From: an uncultured Candidatus Saccharibacteria bacterium | GTDB lineage: Bacteria > Patescibacteriota > Minisyncoccia > Phycocordibacterales > UBA9973 | Direction of reading: 5' to 3' | Assembly (NCBI GenBank): GCA_964527185.1 | Contig: CAZGOI010000001.1 | Coordinates: forward strand, 234,410 to 298,409 | DNA: 64,000 nucleotides | In this document: piece after piece, positions 47,531 to 58,203 of the stretch | Numbering within the stretch: the stretch's first letter is position 1 | Layout of the letters: the number at the start of each line of letters is the position of its first letter | The notes under the pieces: generated by a model | Database searches by the model: none | Seen by the model: only the letters and a program-made list of their open reading frames with translations | What the model was told of the DNA's origin: nothing | Position numbers and translations under genes: made by a program

Positions 47531-49173
47531 TTGTTGCACTCTGGGTCTGGAGTTATACCGACCAAATTAAAAAGTTGATTGCATAAGTCGCTCAATGTTT
47601 CTTTCTTTTTGTAGACGTGGTCTTCGCCAGGATAAGAGACGAGAGACACATTTTTGCCAGCGTTTTTGAGGGTGTTGTACATGTCTTCTGCTTGTGAAAA
47701 TGGTATGGTCTTATCTGCTTCACCGGCTATGATTTCTATCTTTTGGTTTCCGATATTGCCGATCTTGTTTGCGATCGATGCTTGGTCATAGAGAGATTGA
47801 TTGCTATCGCTCGGCAAACCACCAAACTCGGTATTGAATATTGATTTCTGTATATTACTGAGAAGACTCTGCCAATCTGTCACACCGTTTATAGAAGTTA
47901 CAGCAGTAAATGAATCTGGATGTTCGGCAAGCGATTCAAGCGACATGTAGCCACCATAACTGTTACCCGCAAGGTATACGCCCCCGACCTTGTACAAATT
48001 CTTCAGATACGAAACTGCATTCATGACATCTATCACATCCCCCTTACCAACATTGTCTTTGATGCTCTCAGAATAATCCCGACCAAAACCGATGCTACCA
48101 CGATAATCAAGCTTGAGCACCAAAACACTATTTTTTTGAAGGAGTTTTAAAATTGAATCATAAATTCCATAACTGTGATATGGGTGAAAACCATAGCTTG
48201 CTTGTCTAACCGGTCCACCATGAAGCCAGATTAAAACAGGGTATGATGTATTTATGTCAAAGTTGGACGGTTTCATGAGCACCCCGTACATACCGGAAAT
48301 GTTTACGACTTCTTCATTTGGTACTCCTTTGGTCAGGTTAACATTAGCGATTTTTAGAGCAAAAATTTTACTCTTCGAAACATTATAGATTTGTGGGCCA
48401 AAACCATCACCTTGCATACGGCTATAAACTATCGATTGATTAATAATTCGCAGACGATCTACGTATGAGACATTTGTATCAATAATTTTTTCCTTACCAG
48501 TCTTGATGTTTAATCGATAGAGCGACCACAGATATGGATTGTTCTTTTGGTTACCAACATAATAAATAGTTTGCGAATCGTAGAAAATAAAATCGGCAAT
48601 AGTCAACGCCGAGGTCGATAGTTTACTACTTGATATAGTGTCACCCGAGAGTTTTTTTGTATCCGCGAGATATATCGACATATAGCCATCTTTGTCATCT
48701 AGATATCCAAGATACCTTTCATTCGGTGAAAAATTGAAAACACCGTTTGAATCTGTAACCAAGTCCCAATAGTTTCTAGGTTCTTCAAGTTTATAGTTTT
48801 TTTTAGTTTTTAAATTCTTTATGACATATGTGCTCGTATTTGTGGTATCGTTTCTTGGTATGTAATAGGCGACCAAATTTCTTGATGGGGAAAATGTGAT
48901 GTGGTGGGCGCCGACAGTAGTAAATTCTTTTTGCAGAGATTTTTTTATCGCAATCTTTTTTGTTTTACCAAGACTTTCTTTTTTTGTAGGAGTGCAGGAT
49001 AAATTTGAAATACTACAAATATAATTTGCTTCACTACCGATTCCCTCTTCTTTGACTAAAACATTCTGTCCACGGATATCGATGATAGTTCCGTAATCTA
49101 CACTCAAAGCCAGCGCGCTTTTAGCAAAGAGTAGTAAAAAAACTGTGAAGAGTATATATTTGAACTTAGGCAT
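47527..49173 (-). CDS. secreted S9 family peptidase (beta-propeller plus alpha/beta hydrolase)
   Basis: YPVLIWLHGGP, DYRGSIGFG, GNSYGG, GEADKTI, YPGEDH; ATG 49173 gives a signal peptide and has TACTAT 6 nt upstream. Confidence 0.9.
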   Translation of the reverse strand: MPKFKYILFTVFLLLFAKSALALSVDYGTIIDIRGQNVLVKEEGIGSEANYICSISNLSCTPTKKESLGKTKKIAIKKSLQKEFTTVGAHHITFSPSRNLVAYYIPRNDTTNTSTYVIKNLKTKKNYKLEEPRNYWDLVTDSNGVFNFSPNERYLGYLDDKDGYMSIYLADTKKLSGDTISSSKLSTSALTIADFIFYDSQTIYYVGNQKNNPYLWSLYRLNIKTGKEKIIDTNVSYVDRLRIINQSIVYSRMQGDGFGPQIYNVSKSKIFALKIANVNLTKGVPNEEVVNISGMYGVLMKPSNFDINTSYPVLIWLHGGPVRQASYGFHPYHSYGIYDSILKLLQKNSVLVLKLDYRGSIGFGRDYSESIKDNVGKGDVIDVMNAVSYLKNLYKVGGVYLAGNSYGGYMSLESLAEHPDSFTAVTSINGVTDWQSLLSNIQKSIFNTEFGGLPSDSNQSLYDQASIANKIGNIGNQKIEIIAGEADKTIPFSQAEDMYNTLKNAGKNVSLVSYPGEDHVYKKKETLSDLCNQLFNLVGITPDPECNN

Positions 49174-49240
49174 ACCAATATAGTATATTATAGTCACAGT
49201 GTTATCAATTTTTCGTTAGTAATTTATAGCTTAAAACCAT

Positions 49241-50554
49241 ATGGCAAAAAATCAAGAATTTCCTAAATTCAAAGATATGATGAAAGACCCAGTCGTACGG
49301 ACTGTGGTTACGAGTTTTGCTACCATAGTAGTGACACTTGCTATTATTACTTTTCTAGCTTGGCATTACAGAGCCAAGATTTTCAACCTCCTCGCTACTA
49401 ATTACATGTCGCAAGTTAAATCTGGTGAAAGTAGCTTAAATTTCAGCTCTAGTACTCCGCAAGACAATTCTAGTCAGGCGCCAGATGAGGTTCAACAAGA
49501 TAGCGTTGTCAACGCCGTTAAAAAGGCCAAACCAGCTGTCGTATCTATCATCATCAGCAAAGAAGTGCCGACATACGATGTCTCATACGACCAACAACAA
49601 TCAGACCTCAACAATCCATTTGCAAATATGTTTCCAGGGTTCTTTCAAACCCCAACCTATAAACAAAACGGAACCAAGAAAGAAGAAATCGGCTCCGGCT
49701 CCGGCTTTCTCATTTCATCAGAGGGCTTGATCGTTACTAACAAGCACGTCGTCGAAGACACGAGCGCTACATATGATGTCCAGTTAAACGACGGTCGGAA
49801 ATTCAGCGCCAAGGTTCTAGCCCGCGATGGAGTGCTCGATATTGCACTCGTAAAAATTTCTGCGACCAACTTGCCGTATCTATCGCTCGGCGACTCGAGC
49901 AACCTCGATGTCGGCCAAAGTGTTATCGCTATCGGCAATGCGCTTGGTGAATTTAAAAATACAGTTTCTGTTGGTGTAGTTTCTGGTCTGTCGCGTTCGA
50001 TCACTGCCGGTGATAGCTATGGCCAATCTGAACAACTCGACAAAGTAATTCAAACCGATGCGGCTATCAACCCCGGCAACTCTGGCGGGCCGTTGCTTAA
50101 TCTGCACGGCGATGTTATCGGGGTCAATGTGGCTGTCGTCCAAGGTGCATCGAACGTCGGCTTTGCCTTGCCGATAAATTCTGTAAAAAGCGCTATCGAT
50201 TCTGTTCAAAAAACCGGAAAAATCATTCGACCGTATGTCGGCATTAGATATATCCCGATAACGGCTGACCTGAAAACAAAAAATAACCTCTCGGTTGACT
50301 ATGGAATCCTTGTCCAAAGAGGGCAGACAGACAGCGAGCTGGCTGTCATACCCGCTTCGCCAGCCGACAAAGCCGGAATCGTTGAAAACGATATTATTCT
50401 TGAAGTTGATGGAACGCAGATCAACCAAGACCAAAATTTTTCATATCTTATTCGCAATAAAAAAGTCGGCGACAGCGTGAATCTAAAAATTCTCTCAAAA
50501 GGAGTCGAGAAAACAGTAACCCTAAAACTCGAAGCCGCACCTGATAATTTATAA
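49241..50554 (+). CDS. HtrA/DegP-like serine protease with PDZ domain
   Basis: GSGSGF, TNKHVV, DIA, QTDAAINPGNSGGPL, SPADKAG. Confidence 0.95.
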   Translation: MAKNQEFPKFKDMMKDPVVRTVVTSFATIVVTLAIITFLAWHYRAKIFNLLATNYMSQVKSGESSLNFSSSTPQDNSSQAPDEVQQDSVVNAVKKAKPAVVSIIISKEVPTYDVSYDQQQSDLNNPFANMFPGFFQTPTYKQNGTKKEEIGSGSGFLISSEGLIVTNKHVVEDTSATYDVQLNDGRKFSAKVLARDGVLDIALVKISATNLPYLSLGDSSNLDVGQSVIAIGNALGEFKNTVSVGVVSGLSRSITAGDSYGQSEQLDKVIQTDAAINPGNSGGPLLNLHGDVIGVNVAVVQGASNVGFALPINSVKSAIDSVQKTGKIIRPYVGIRYIPITADLKTKNNLSVDYGILVQRGQTDSELAVIPASPADKAGIVENDIILEVDGTQINQDQNFSYLIRNKKVGDSVNLKILSKGVEKTVTLKLEAAPDNL

Positions 50555-50589
50555 TTTGTTATTTATATTAAACAGCATATAATAGCCTC

Positions 50590-51078
50590 ATGGAAGATAA
50601 ACAGCATAAAAGACCTTCTTGGGATGAGTATTTTTTACAGATGGCAGAAACGATTGGTACTCGTGGTACTTGTGATAGAGGTCGCGCTGGGGCTGTAATA
50701 ACCAAAGACAAGAGAATACTCTCAACTGGATATGTTGGCTCACCAGTTGGCCTCCCTCATTGTGATGAAGTTGGACATGAGATGCATACGGTAAAACATG
50801 AAGATGGTACAGAATCTCGCCATTGTATAAGAACAGCTCATGCCGAAACAAATGCTATCAATAACGCAGCCCGGGTTGGTACCGCTATAGAAGGTGGAAC
50901 TTTGTATTGTAAGATGTTCCCTTGCTATAAGTGCGGTCAGAGCATTATAAACTCTGGGCTTATACGTGTTGTAGCACTAAAAGACTATCATGGAGCACAA
51001 AGAACAAAAGAAATATTTGACCAGGCTAATATAGAGTATAAAGTACTAGGAGAAATGGAAACTTATAAAGATATGTAA
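50590..51078 (+). CDS. dCMP deaminase (ComEB-like)
   Basis: RPSWDEYF, TCDR, HAE, PCYKC. Confidence 0.92.
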   Translation: MEDKQHKRPSWDEYFLQMAETIGTRGTCDRGRAGAVITKDKRILSTGYVGSPVGLPHCDEVGHEMHTVKHEDGTESRHCIRTAHAETNAINNAARVGTAIEGGTLYCKMFPCYKCGQSIINSGLIRVVALKDYHGAQRTKEIFDQANIEYKVLGEMETYKDM

Positions 51079-51083
51079 TATTT

Positions 51084-51413
51084 ATGGTTGATCTAAAAAG
51101 ATTACAAAAAGAGGTGATGCGTAATAAAATAGAGAAAGGGTTTAATACTACTGATGTAGCCCTCGAATTTTGCCGTGCCCATGAAGAGCTTTCTGAAGCA
51201 TTTTCAAAGTTCAGTAAGAATCAAGAAGGTGTCGCTGAAGAATTTGCCGATGTCGCAGTATTTCTACTCGGTATGTGCGAAATCCTTGGTTATGATTTGG
51301 AAGAAGAATTAGTTAAAAAAATAGAAATAAATAAGAAAAGAAAATACAGAAAAGAAAAATCTCCTGATGGAAAAGATATATATATCAGAGTGAAGACAAA
51401 TGAAGATCCATAG
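51084..51413 (+). CDS. MazG-like NTP pyrophosphohydrolase
   Basis: EELSEA...EEFADV. Confidence 0.85.
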   Translation: MVDLKRLQKEVMRNKIEKGFNTTDVALEFCRAHEELSEAFSKFSKNQEGVAEEFADVAVFLLGMCEILGYDLEEELVKKIEINKKRKYRKEKSPDGKDIYIRVKTNEDP

Positions 51414-51428
51414 AAAACCCTGTAAGTA

Positions 51429-51941
51429 TTAAGCGGATTTTTTGTATTCTACAAATGAATAGGGAATAGGAGCGTCGAGATGATCATCACGTGAAATTTC
51501 CTGCCAAAGATTTTTATCGATCTCTGGGAATTTTACATCCCCATCAAAATCTTTGTGGACTTCTGTTATATAAAGTTTATTTGCCCTGCCCATTGATTGT
51601 TTATAAATTTCTCCACCACCTATTATAAATACTTCAACTTTATCTTGATTTTCTTCAAATTCTTTACCTTGTTCGAGCGCTGCAAGCCTCAATGCTTCAT
51701 CTAGCGAGTTTACGATTTCTATCCCGTCTTTTTGATATCCCAAATCTCGAGTGATAATAATATTTTTTCTGTTAGGGAGTGGGCGCCCAATACTCTCAAA
51801 AGTTTTTCGACCCATTATGACAGTGTGGCCAGAAGTTTTATCGCGAAAATTTTTCATATCTTCAAGAATATTCCAAAGGAGTTTATTGCTTCCGCCAATA
51901 ACATTATTTTTTGCAACCGCAGCGATGAGGGAGATGATCAT
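51429..51941 (-). CDS. folA: dihydrofolate reductase
   Basis: ISLIAAV, IMGRKTFESIGRPLPNRKN, IIGGGEIY, GDVKFP; start set at 51941, immediately after thyA. Confidence 0.95.
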   Translation of the reverse strand: MIISLIAAVAKNNVIGGSNKLLWNILEDMKNFRDKTSGHTVIMGRKTFESIGRPLPNRKNIIITRDLGYQKDGIEIVNSLDEALRLAALEQGKEFEENQDKVEVFIIGGGEIYKQSMGRANKLYITEVHKDFDGDVKFPEIDKNLWQEISRDDHLDAPIPYSFVEYKKSA

Positions 51942-51942
51942 T

Positions 51943-52908
51943 TTAGACTGCAATCGGGGCTTTGATCGCCTCGTGTGGGTTATAGTCGACCAATTCAAAA
52001 TCTTCAAACTTAAATTTAAATATATCTTTTACTTCTGAGTTTATTTTCATTTTTGGTGGTTCTCTAATATCATTTTCTCGTGACATTTGAAGTTTTGCTT
52101 GTTCTAAGTGGTTAAGATAGAGGTGTATATCTGCTCCTGTCCAGACAAATTCTCCAACTTCTAGCCCAGATACTTGAGCTATCATCATGGTTAAGAGAGC
52201 ATACGAAGCAATATTGAATGGAACACCAAGAAAGAAATCAGCACTTCTTTGATACAATTGACAGGAAAGTTTTCCATTAAGTACATGAAACTGAAATAAT
52301 GAATGACAAGGAGGTGGTGCATGATTATGATCATGTATTAGATCATATATTTCTCCAACATTCCATCCACTAACTATTATTCTTCGAGAAGATCGATCAT
52401 TTTTAAGCATATCAATAACGTTTTGGATTTGATCTATTTCTTGACCACTAGGTGTTTCCCATCTCCTCCATTGCTTTCCATAAATGGGGCCAAGTTCTCC
52501 CCATTCTTTTGCAAATTCATCATTTTCTTTTATTTGATTTACAAACCACTCTAGCTTCTCTGTCCACTCTTTTGAATATCTAGATAGTGTTTTAGTTAAA
52601 TTATTTTTTTCAAGATATACTTGAAATGCCCATTCGTTCCAAATCTTCACATCGTTACGAACTAAATATTTTATATTAGTATCTCCAGTTAAAAACCAAA
52701 GAAGTTCGTGAATGATACCTCGGATGAACACTTTTTTTGTAGTGAGAAGGGGAAATCCTTTTGCAAGGTCAAATCTCATTTGATGCCCAAAGACACTTCT
52801 AGTGCCTATGCCAGTACGTTCCTCTCTATCTACTCCATGTTCGTAAATATATTTCATTAAGGATAGATATTCTTTATCTGGGTTGTCATTATACTCATAA
52901 GTTTTCAT
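51943..52908 (-). CDS. thyA: thymidylate synthase
   Basis: [48 protein letters not shown]. Confidence 0.97.
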   Translation of the reverse strand: MKTYEYNDNPDKEYLSLMKYIYEHGVDREERTGIGTRSVFGHQMRFDLAKGFPLLTTKKVFIRGIIHELLWFLTGDTNIKYLVRNDVKIWNEWAFQVYLEKNNLTKTLSRYSKEWTEKLEWFVNQIKENDEFAKEWGELGPIYGKQWRRWETPSGQEIDQIQNVIDMLKNDRSSRRIIVSGWNVGEIYDLIHDHNHAPPPCHSLFQFHVLNGKLSCQLYQRSADFFLGVPFNIASYALLTMMIAQVSGLEVGEFVWTGADIHLYLNHLEQAKLQMSRENDIREPPKMKINSEVKDIFKFKFEDFELVDYNPHEAIKAPIAV

Positions 52909-53024
52909 GAGACAATTATACCTTTTTTCTTTTTCATATCAACGCACGTACTATTAATAAAAAATAGCTCTATTTGACATATATATTTATATATTGTATA
53001 TTAGAGGAAATAAAAATATAAGCC

Positions 53025-53732
53025 ATGTATATAGAAAGTGCATACACCATAAGTGCTGCACAGGATGCAGGGCTTATGAAAAAATTTACAGAAACTATGA
53101 ATTTTTTGGTAAAACAAGGAATTATCGAGAATTTCAAAATTGACAGTGACAGTTTGGGCCAAGATCGCCAAGTGTGGTTTGATTTTCCATATGACGACAA
53201 AACACTACAAATGTCTTTCTTTGTAGCTAATAACTTGGAAGAAATTTCGAAAAAAGACGCGATTAATGGTAGTATGCTAATTCTTACCACCGATTTGTCT
53301 TGCGATGACATAAAGTCATTCGTTGATAATTCAAAGCAAAAAAGAATTAAAGGCTATGAGGTTGAAAAAAGAGCCCTTCAAATAATCATCGAAGAAAAAA
53401 GAAACGACTTCAGTATTGAAAGCGTTTCCCATGCAAGTGAGTATGAAGACAAGGTGCTGAAGATCGATCTTGTAGTCAAAGTAAACTACTATACTTTTGA
53501 CCGGTTGAATCAAAAGATGACCCTCAATGTTCCGATTCAATTAAAGTCATCTGCAAAAGGGCAAATGATTCACAAAAAGCAACACCCAGATATTCCGAGC
53601 ATAGTTTTTTATGAAAAAATGACAGTCGAGAATTTTATAAGGCTTGTGAAAAAAATAATTCAAAATTATAAAATCTTTTTTCACAAGAAAAATATCGACC
53701 CGTCTGCCAAACCGGAAGGTTTGCATATATAG
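53025..53732 (+). CDS. hypothetical protein with PD-(D/E)xK-like motif
   Basis: GYEVE...EDKVLKIDLVV...VPIQLKSS. Confidence 0.55.
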   Translation: MYIESAYTISAAQDAGLMKKFTETMNFLVKQGIIENFKIDSDSLGQDRQVWFDFPYDDKTLQMSFFVANNLEEISKKDAINGSMLILTTDLSCDDIKSFVDNSKQKRIKGYEVEKRALQIIIEEKRNDFSIESVSHASEYEDKVLKIDLVVKVNYYTFDRLNQKMTLNVPIQLKSSAKGQMIHKKQHPDIPSIVFYEKMTVENFIRLVKKIIQNYKIFFHKKNIDPSAKPEGLHI

Positions 53733-53734
53733 AT

Positions 53735-53763
53735 AAGACCATTCGCTTGCGGGTGGTCTTTTT
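53735..53763 (+). terminator. intrinsic terminator
   Basis: AAGACCATTCGC-TT-GCGGGTGGTCTT followed by a T run. Confidence 0.7.
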
Positions 53764-53804
53764 GATATAATCTCTGTGTTAAAACTAGCTAATAGAATAA
53801 AAAG

Positions 53805-54983
53805 ATGAACGACAAACAAGTAGAGAAATTAATAAAAGCTGAAGAAAAAAGGCAAAAAAGCGTAGTCAATCTCATCGCCTCTGAAAATTATGTTTCAGAC
53901 GATATCCTCAAAGCCCTTGGCTCGAAACTGACAAATAAATACGCCGAGGGCTACCCCGGCAGACGATACTATGGCGGCAATGAAGTCATCGACAAGGTCG
54001 AAAACCTTTGCATCGCCCGGGCGCTCAAACTTTTTAAATTAAATAAAAATGATTGGCATGTGAATGTCCAGCTCCTATCTGGTTCGCCAGCCAATTTTGC
54101 CTTATATTCTGCGCTCGTGCCAGTCGGCGGCAAAATCATGGGTATGAAGCTGACCTCTGGCGGGCACCTAACTCACGGCCACCCGCTTTCGATGACCGGT
54201 AAACTTTGGAAGCCGATTCAATTTGAAGTCGACCCAAAAACAGAAGTCATCGATTACAAAGCGCTCGAAGCTGTAGCCATGGTCGAGCGACCAGATATCA
54301 TCGTCGCCGGGTTCACCGCCTATCCGCGAGTTGTCGATTTTAAAAAGTTTCGCTCGATTGCCGATAAATGCGGCGCCCTGCTTCATGTAGATATGTCGCA
54401 CTTTGCTGGACTCGTGGCAGGTTTGGCCTACCCATCGCCATTTCCATATGCCGATTCGGTCATGACAACGACGCACAAATCTCTCCGCGGCCCGAGGCAG
54501 GCAATGCTCTTTGTAAAAAAAGATGAAAGAGGTTTTGATAAAAAATTAGACAAAATGGTCATCCCTGGGCTCTTCGGTGGCCCGCACGAAAACAATATCG
54601 CGGCTGTGGCTATTGCCCTAAAAGAGGCCGAGACGCCGGCTTTCAAAAAATATGCAAGCCAAGTGGTCAAAAATGCACAAGCCCTGGCTGGTGAGTTAGC
54701 CAAGCTCGGCTGGCACGTTGTCTCGGGTGGTACAGATTCGCATTTGATACTCCTAGACACGTTTATGGGGGGCAAAGGGGTCTCTGGCGCTGAAGCTAGC
54801 AAAGCCCTCGAGAAGGCCAAAATAATAGTAAATATGAACACAATTCCGGGCGATACTCGTTCGGTTATGGACCCGTCTGGCATTCGCCTTGGAACATGCG
54901 CCGAGACAACGCTCGGTAAAAAAGAAAAAGATATGATCAAAATCGCCAGAAAGATTGATAAAGTTTTAAGAAAGAAAAAATAA
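53805..54983 (+). CDS. glyA: serine hydroxymethyltransferase
   Basis: LIASENY, NKYAEGYPGRRYYGG, GGHLTHG, TTTHKSLRGPR, SGGTDSHL. Confidence 0.97.
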   Translation: MNDKQVEKLIKAEEKRQKSVVNLIASENYVSDDILKALGSKLTNKYAEGYPGRRYYGGNEVIDKVENLCIARALKLFKLNKNDWHVNVQLLSGSPANFALYSALVPVGGKIMGMKLTSGGHLTHGHPLSMTGKLWKPIQFEVDPKTEVIDYKALEAVAMVERPDIIVAGFTAYPRVVDFKKFRSIADKCGALLHVDMSHFAGLVAGLAYPSPFPYADSVMTTTHKSLRGPRQAMLFVKKDERGFDKKLDKMVIPGLFGGPHENNIAAVAIALKEAETPAFKKYASQVVKNAQALAGELAKLGWHVVSGGTDSHLILLDTFMGGKGVSGAEASKALEKAKIIVNMNTIPGDTRSVMDPSGIRLGTCAETTLGKKEKDMIKIARKIDKVLRKKK

Positions 54984-54984
54984 A

Positions 54985-55446
54985 ATGCCACACATTCACG
55001 AAAAAATTGATTTTACAGTAGAAGTTTTTGTTGTTTACAAAAATAAACTTCTGCTTCGTATGCACGATAAACATCATATTTGGTGCTCGGTTGGTGGCCA
55101 TATTGAACTCGACGAAGACCCGGTTCAAGCTGCTATACGTGAAGTAAAAGAAGAAGTTGGGCTCGATATAAAATTAGCTGGAGATGTTTTCGCTACTAAT
55201 GATGAACACTACATGAATATACTTCCCCCGAGGTATTTGGGCAAGAATTTTGTAAACGAGAAGCATACCCATATAGCGATGGTCTATTTTGCTACTTCTG
55301 ATACAGACAAATTGAAAGATGCGCATAGTGAACACGAAAAGGCAGAAACAAAATGGGTAACAATAGAAGAATTAAATAAAATGGATTTAGTTCCAAATAT
55401 AAAATTTTACGCCGAGGAAGCCTTAAAGGAACTCGGCCAAAAATAA
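54985..55446 (+). CDS. NUDIX hydrolase
   Basis: GGHIELDEDPVQAAIREVKEEVG. Confidence 0.9.
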   Translation: MPHIHEKIDFTVEVFVVYKNKLLLRMHDKHHIWCSVGGHIELDEDPVQAAIREVKEEVGLDIKLAGDVFATNDEHYMNILPPRYLGKNFVNEKHTHIAMVYFATSDTDKLKDAHSEHEKAETKWVTIEELNKMDLVPNIKFYAEEALKELGQK

Positions 55447-55447
55447 A

Positions 55448-55828
55448 ATGGAAAGCTCAAATATAGATAAAAATCGTGAAGACATGAATGTAAAATATAT
55501 TGAAACCGAAAATCAGTTTTGGTTATGGATTCAAGATATTAGAAATGAATTTTCAGCCTTCTATCTTGTAATAGATGTATATGATCTTAAAAAACTTTTA
55601 GAATTTCGCGATAAAATGCAATTTCTCACTCATAAAGAGATTTTACAAAAAGATGGAAAAACTTTATCTCAAGAAATATTAGAAAATAAAAATACAAAAA
55701 GACTAATAAACACATTTGATGATTTAGTTTCTCGGATTAAAGTTTTCAAAACCAAGAAAGAACTTAAACAGATTTTAGAGGAAAATAATGAATTTTTTGC
55801 TGAATTTAAACTAGGCTTAAAACAATAA
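55448..55828 (+). CDS. hypothetical protein
   Basis: 126-aa ORF packed 1 nt from both neighbours; AT-rich. Confidence 0.65.
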   Translation: MESSNIDKNREDMNVKYIETENQFWLWIQDIRNEFSAFYLVIDVYDLKKLLEFRDKMQFLTHKEILQKDGKTLSQEILENKNTKRLINTFDDLVSRIKVFKTKKELKQILEENNEFFAEFKLGLKQ

Positions 55829-55829
55829 T

Positions 55830-56249
55830 ATGGAAAACCAAATAAAAATAGGCGTCGGTGTAATGATATGGAAGGACGGCAAAGTCCTAATGGGCAGGCG
55901 CAAGGGTTCGCACGGGGCAGGCGAATATGCATTTCCCGGCGGCCATCTTGAATATATGGAATCTTTTGAAGATTGTGCTAGACGTGAGGTACGAGAGGAA
56001 GCGGGAATAGAAATAAAAAATATCAGATTCAATTGTTTTACGAATGTAACTTCACATAAACCCAAGCACTATGTGCACATTGGTTTAGTTGCAGATTGGG
56101 CAGCTGGTGAACCAGAAGTTCGTGAACCCGATAAACTTGAAAATTGGGATTGGTATTTGCTCGAAAATTTACCAACTCCTATTTTCGATTTTTGCCTTTT
56201 TGGATTTGATGCATACAAAACTGGTAAAAACTTTTATGATAAAAAATAA
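55830..56249 (+). CDS. NUDIX hydrolase (MutT/NUDT15-like)
   Basis: IGVGV, RKGSHGAG, PGGHLEYMESFEDCARREVREEAG, EPDK. Confidence 0.9.
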   Translation: MENQIKIGVGVMIWKDGKVLMGRRKGSHGAGEYAFPGGHLEYMESFEDCARREVREEAGIEIKNIRFNCFTNVTSHKPKHYVHIGLVADWAAGEPEVREPDKLENWDWYLLENLPTPIFDFCLFGFDAYKTGKNFYDKK

Positions 56250-56273
56250 AAACCATGTGCGTTATTAAAAATA

Positions 56274-56804
56274 TCACAACATGGTTTTTTCATAAGTTAA
56301 ATAGGCAATCGAAGAGAACATTATCATTTCGAGAAATACTCCTTCAATCAGATTTTGGTTATCGTTGTATCTTTCGATGATTTTCTTCAACCTCTCAACC
56401 TTATTTGTGAGTTGTCGAGAAATGTCTACGATTTTTAGTTTGAAAATCTCTTCTACATAGTGGTCGTTTTGTGTGACAAGATAGCAATTGAAACCAAAAA
56501 CGACTTCCCAATACATTTTTTGAAAATCCACAGATTGTTTGTTTGAATTCTTTATTATTCCAATCACAGAGTGATTTATTATCTCCAAGAATTCATAACC
56601 AAAATCCTCGATCGCACTCGTACTTTTTAATCCAGCATCTAGTATTCCATCTATCTTAAGAATTTTTTTATGTATCTGGTCTGATACATAGATTAAAGCA
56701 CTCGTTTTTAAGATCAATTCATATTTAGCGATTTTTCTGTCGAAGTATTTTTTTGAAATTTTAAGGGTACGACAGACACCCTCTTTTGAAAGTTTGTCTA
56801 TCAT
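56274..56804 (-). CDS. hypothetical protein
   Basis: 176-aa ORF filling the gap on the opposite strand. Confidence 0.6.
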   Translation of the reverse strand: MIDKLSKEGVCRTLKISKKYFDRKIAKYELILKTSALIYVSDQIHKKILKIDGILDAGLKSTSAIEDFGYEFLEIINHSVIGIIKNSNKQSVDFQKMYWEVVFGFNCYLVTQNDHYVEEIFKLKIVDISRQLTNKVERLKKIIERYNDNQNLIEGVFLEMIMFSSIAYLTYEKTML

Positions 56805-56900
56805 AGCTTTATATTTTGTCGATATATTAGCATATTGGGTTATAAAGTAAACCGGGTTTTGGATATTGTGACCTCCTCATATATAATAGCCTTGTTATAT

Positions 56901-57596
56901 ATGAAAAATAAAAAAGGTAAACTCATAGTCATAGACGGTACTGATGGCTCTGGCAAGGCGACCCAGGTTGCACTCCTCACAAAGCGACTTCGCCGCGAAG
57001 GCTACAAGGTTAAAAACGTCGATTTCCCCGAGTACTACAAAAACTTTTTTGGTAAGTTTATCGGCCACTGCCTGTCAGAGCGGTATTACGACTTTGTCAA
57101 AGTCCACCCAAAGATTGCTTCTGTGCTATACGCTGCTGACCGATTTGAATCAAAGGGTGATATCGAGGAATGGCTGGGAGCGGGCTACATGGTCATCGCC
57201 AATCGTTACGTCAGCGCCAACCAAATTCACCAAGGCGGAAAAATAAAAAATACAAAAAAGCGAGAAGATTTCATCAAATGGCTCGATGAGATGGAATACA
57301 AAGTTTTTAAAATCCCAAAGCCAGACGTCGTGCTCTACCTCAGCCTGCCATTGCCGATGGTTTTAAAGCTAATCAAAGAGCGCAATAGCAATATGAAGCG
57401 CGCCTATTTGAAAAAACACAAAGACGTTCACGAGAGCGACAAAGATTTCCTCCTCAACTCCCGCAAGAGTGCCCTCTGGCTTTCCAAGACCCAGAAGTAT
57501 TATAAGAAGATAGATTGCGCCAAGGCCGGCAAAATCCGCAGCAGAGAAGATATCCACCACGAAATTTATAAGAAAGTTAAAAAGTTAATAGGTTGA
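56901..57596 (+). CDS. tmk: thymidylate kinase
   Basis: IVIDGTDGSGKATQ, LYAADR, ANRY, PKPD; ATG at 56901. Confidence 0.92.
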   Translation: MKNKKGKLIVIDGTDGSGKATQVALLTKRLRREGYKVKNVDFPEYYKNFFGKFIGHCLSERYYDFVKVHPKIASVLYAADRFESKGDIEEWLGAGYMVIANRYVSANQIHQGGKIKNTKKREDFIKWLDEMEYKVFKIPKPDVVLYLSLPLPMVLKLIKERNSNMKRAYLKKHKDVHESDKDFLLNSRKSALWLSKTQKYYKKIDCAKAGKIRSREDIHHEIYKKVKKLIG

Positions 57597-57611
57597 TACC
57601 GCCCTACTAAA

Positions 57612-57634
57612 AAAGCCACCCCACAGGTGGCTTT
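57612..57634. terminator. bidirectional terminator
   Basis: AAAGCCACC-CCACA-GGTGGCTTT between convergent genes. Confidence 0.78.
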
Positions 57635-57647
57635 AAAATTAATTGAG

Positions 57648-58163
57648 CTAATTGTTTTGAAGTATAAGAAATGCGTAGTTTATGACCTCGTACAGTCTGT
57701 CGGGTACATATCTGATACCGCCTGAATTCCTCAAAGAATTTTTTGCCTCGAGAATAGTTCCATTTATCATCTCGATTAAAACATAAGATGGAATTTTGGC
57801 AGATGGCTGGTCATCAGAATTTGGTCTCCTCATAGGATACCTTTTCGCTAATTCCAGATAAAAATCATAAAGTGCTATGGCCTTTTCGTTGTTTAAACTC
57901 AAAAGGTCTTTTTGTGTTATCGAAAGCCTTATGACTGTAACGAGAGAATTATTTATCACATCCATCAATAATTTTTGTACTTCTTCAATTTCTCCAATCT
58001 TGTTTTCAAGTCCACCATTCATTTTTTTTAACACAGTCACATTTTCATGGATTTTATCAATCAACGCAGCAATTCTCATTTCTTTTTTCCAACTGCTCAA
58101 TGAAGTTGGACCATTTTTTACAAAATAGGCCCTTACTTTCTCTGAAATTTGATTTTCGTTCAT
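57648..58163 (-). CDS. hypothetical protein
   Basis: 171-aa helical ORF between tmk and dut. Confidence 0.6.
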   Translation of the reverse strand: MNENQISEKVRAYFVKNGPTSLSSWKKEMRIAALIDKIHENVTVLKKMNGGLENKIGEIEEVQKLLMDVINNSLVTVIRLSITQKDLLSLNNEKAIALYDFYLELAKRYPMRRPNSDDQPSAKIPSYVLIEMINGTILEAKNSLRNSGGIRYVPDRLYEVINYAFLILQNN

Positions 58164-58203
58164 TTCTTTAATTTTCTTTTTGTTTTAGGCTATAATACAA
58201 ATT

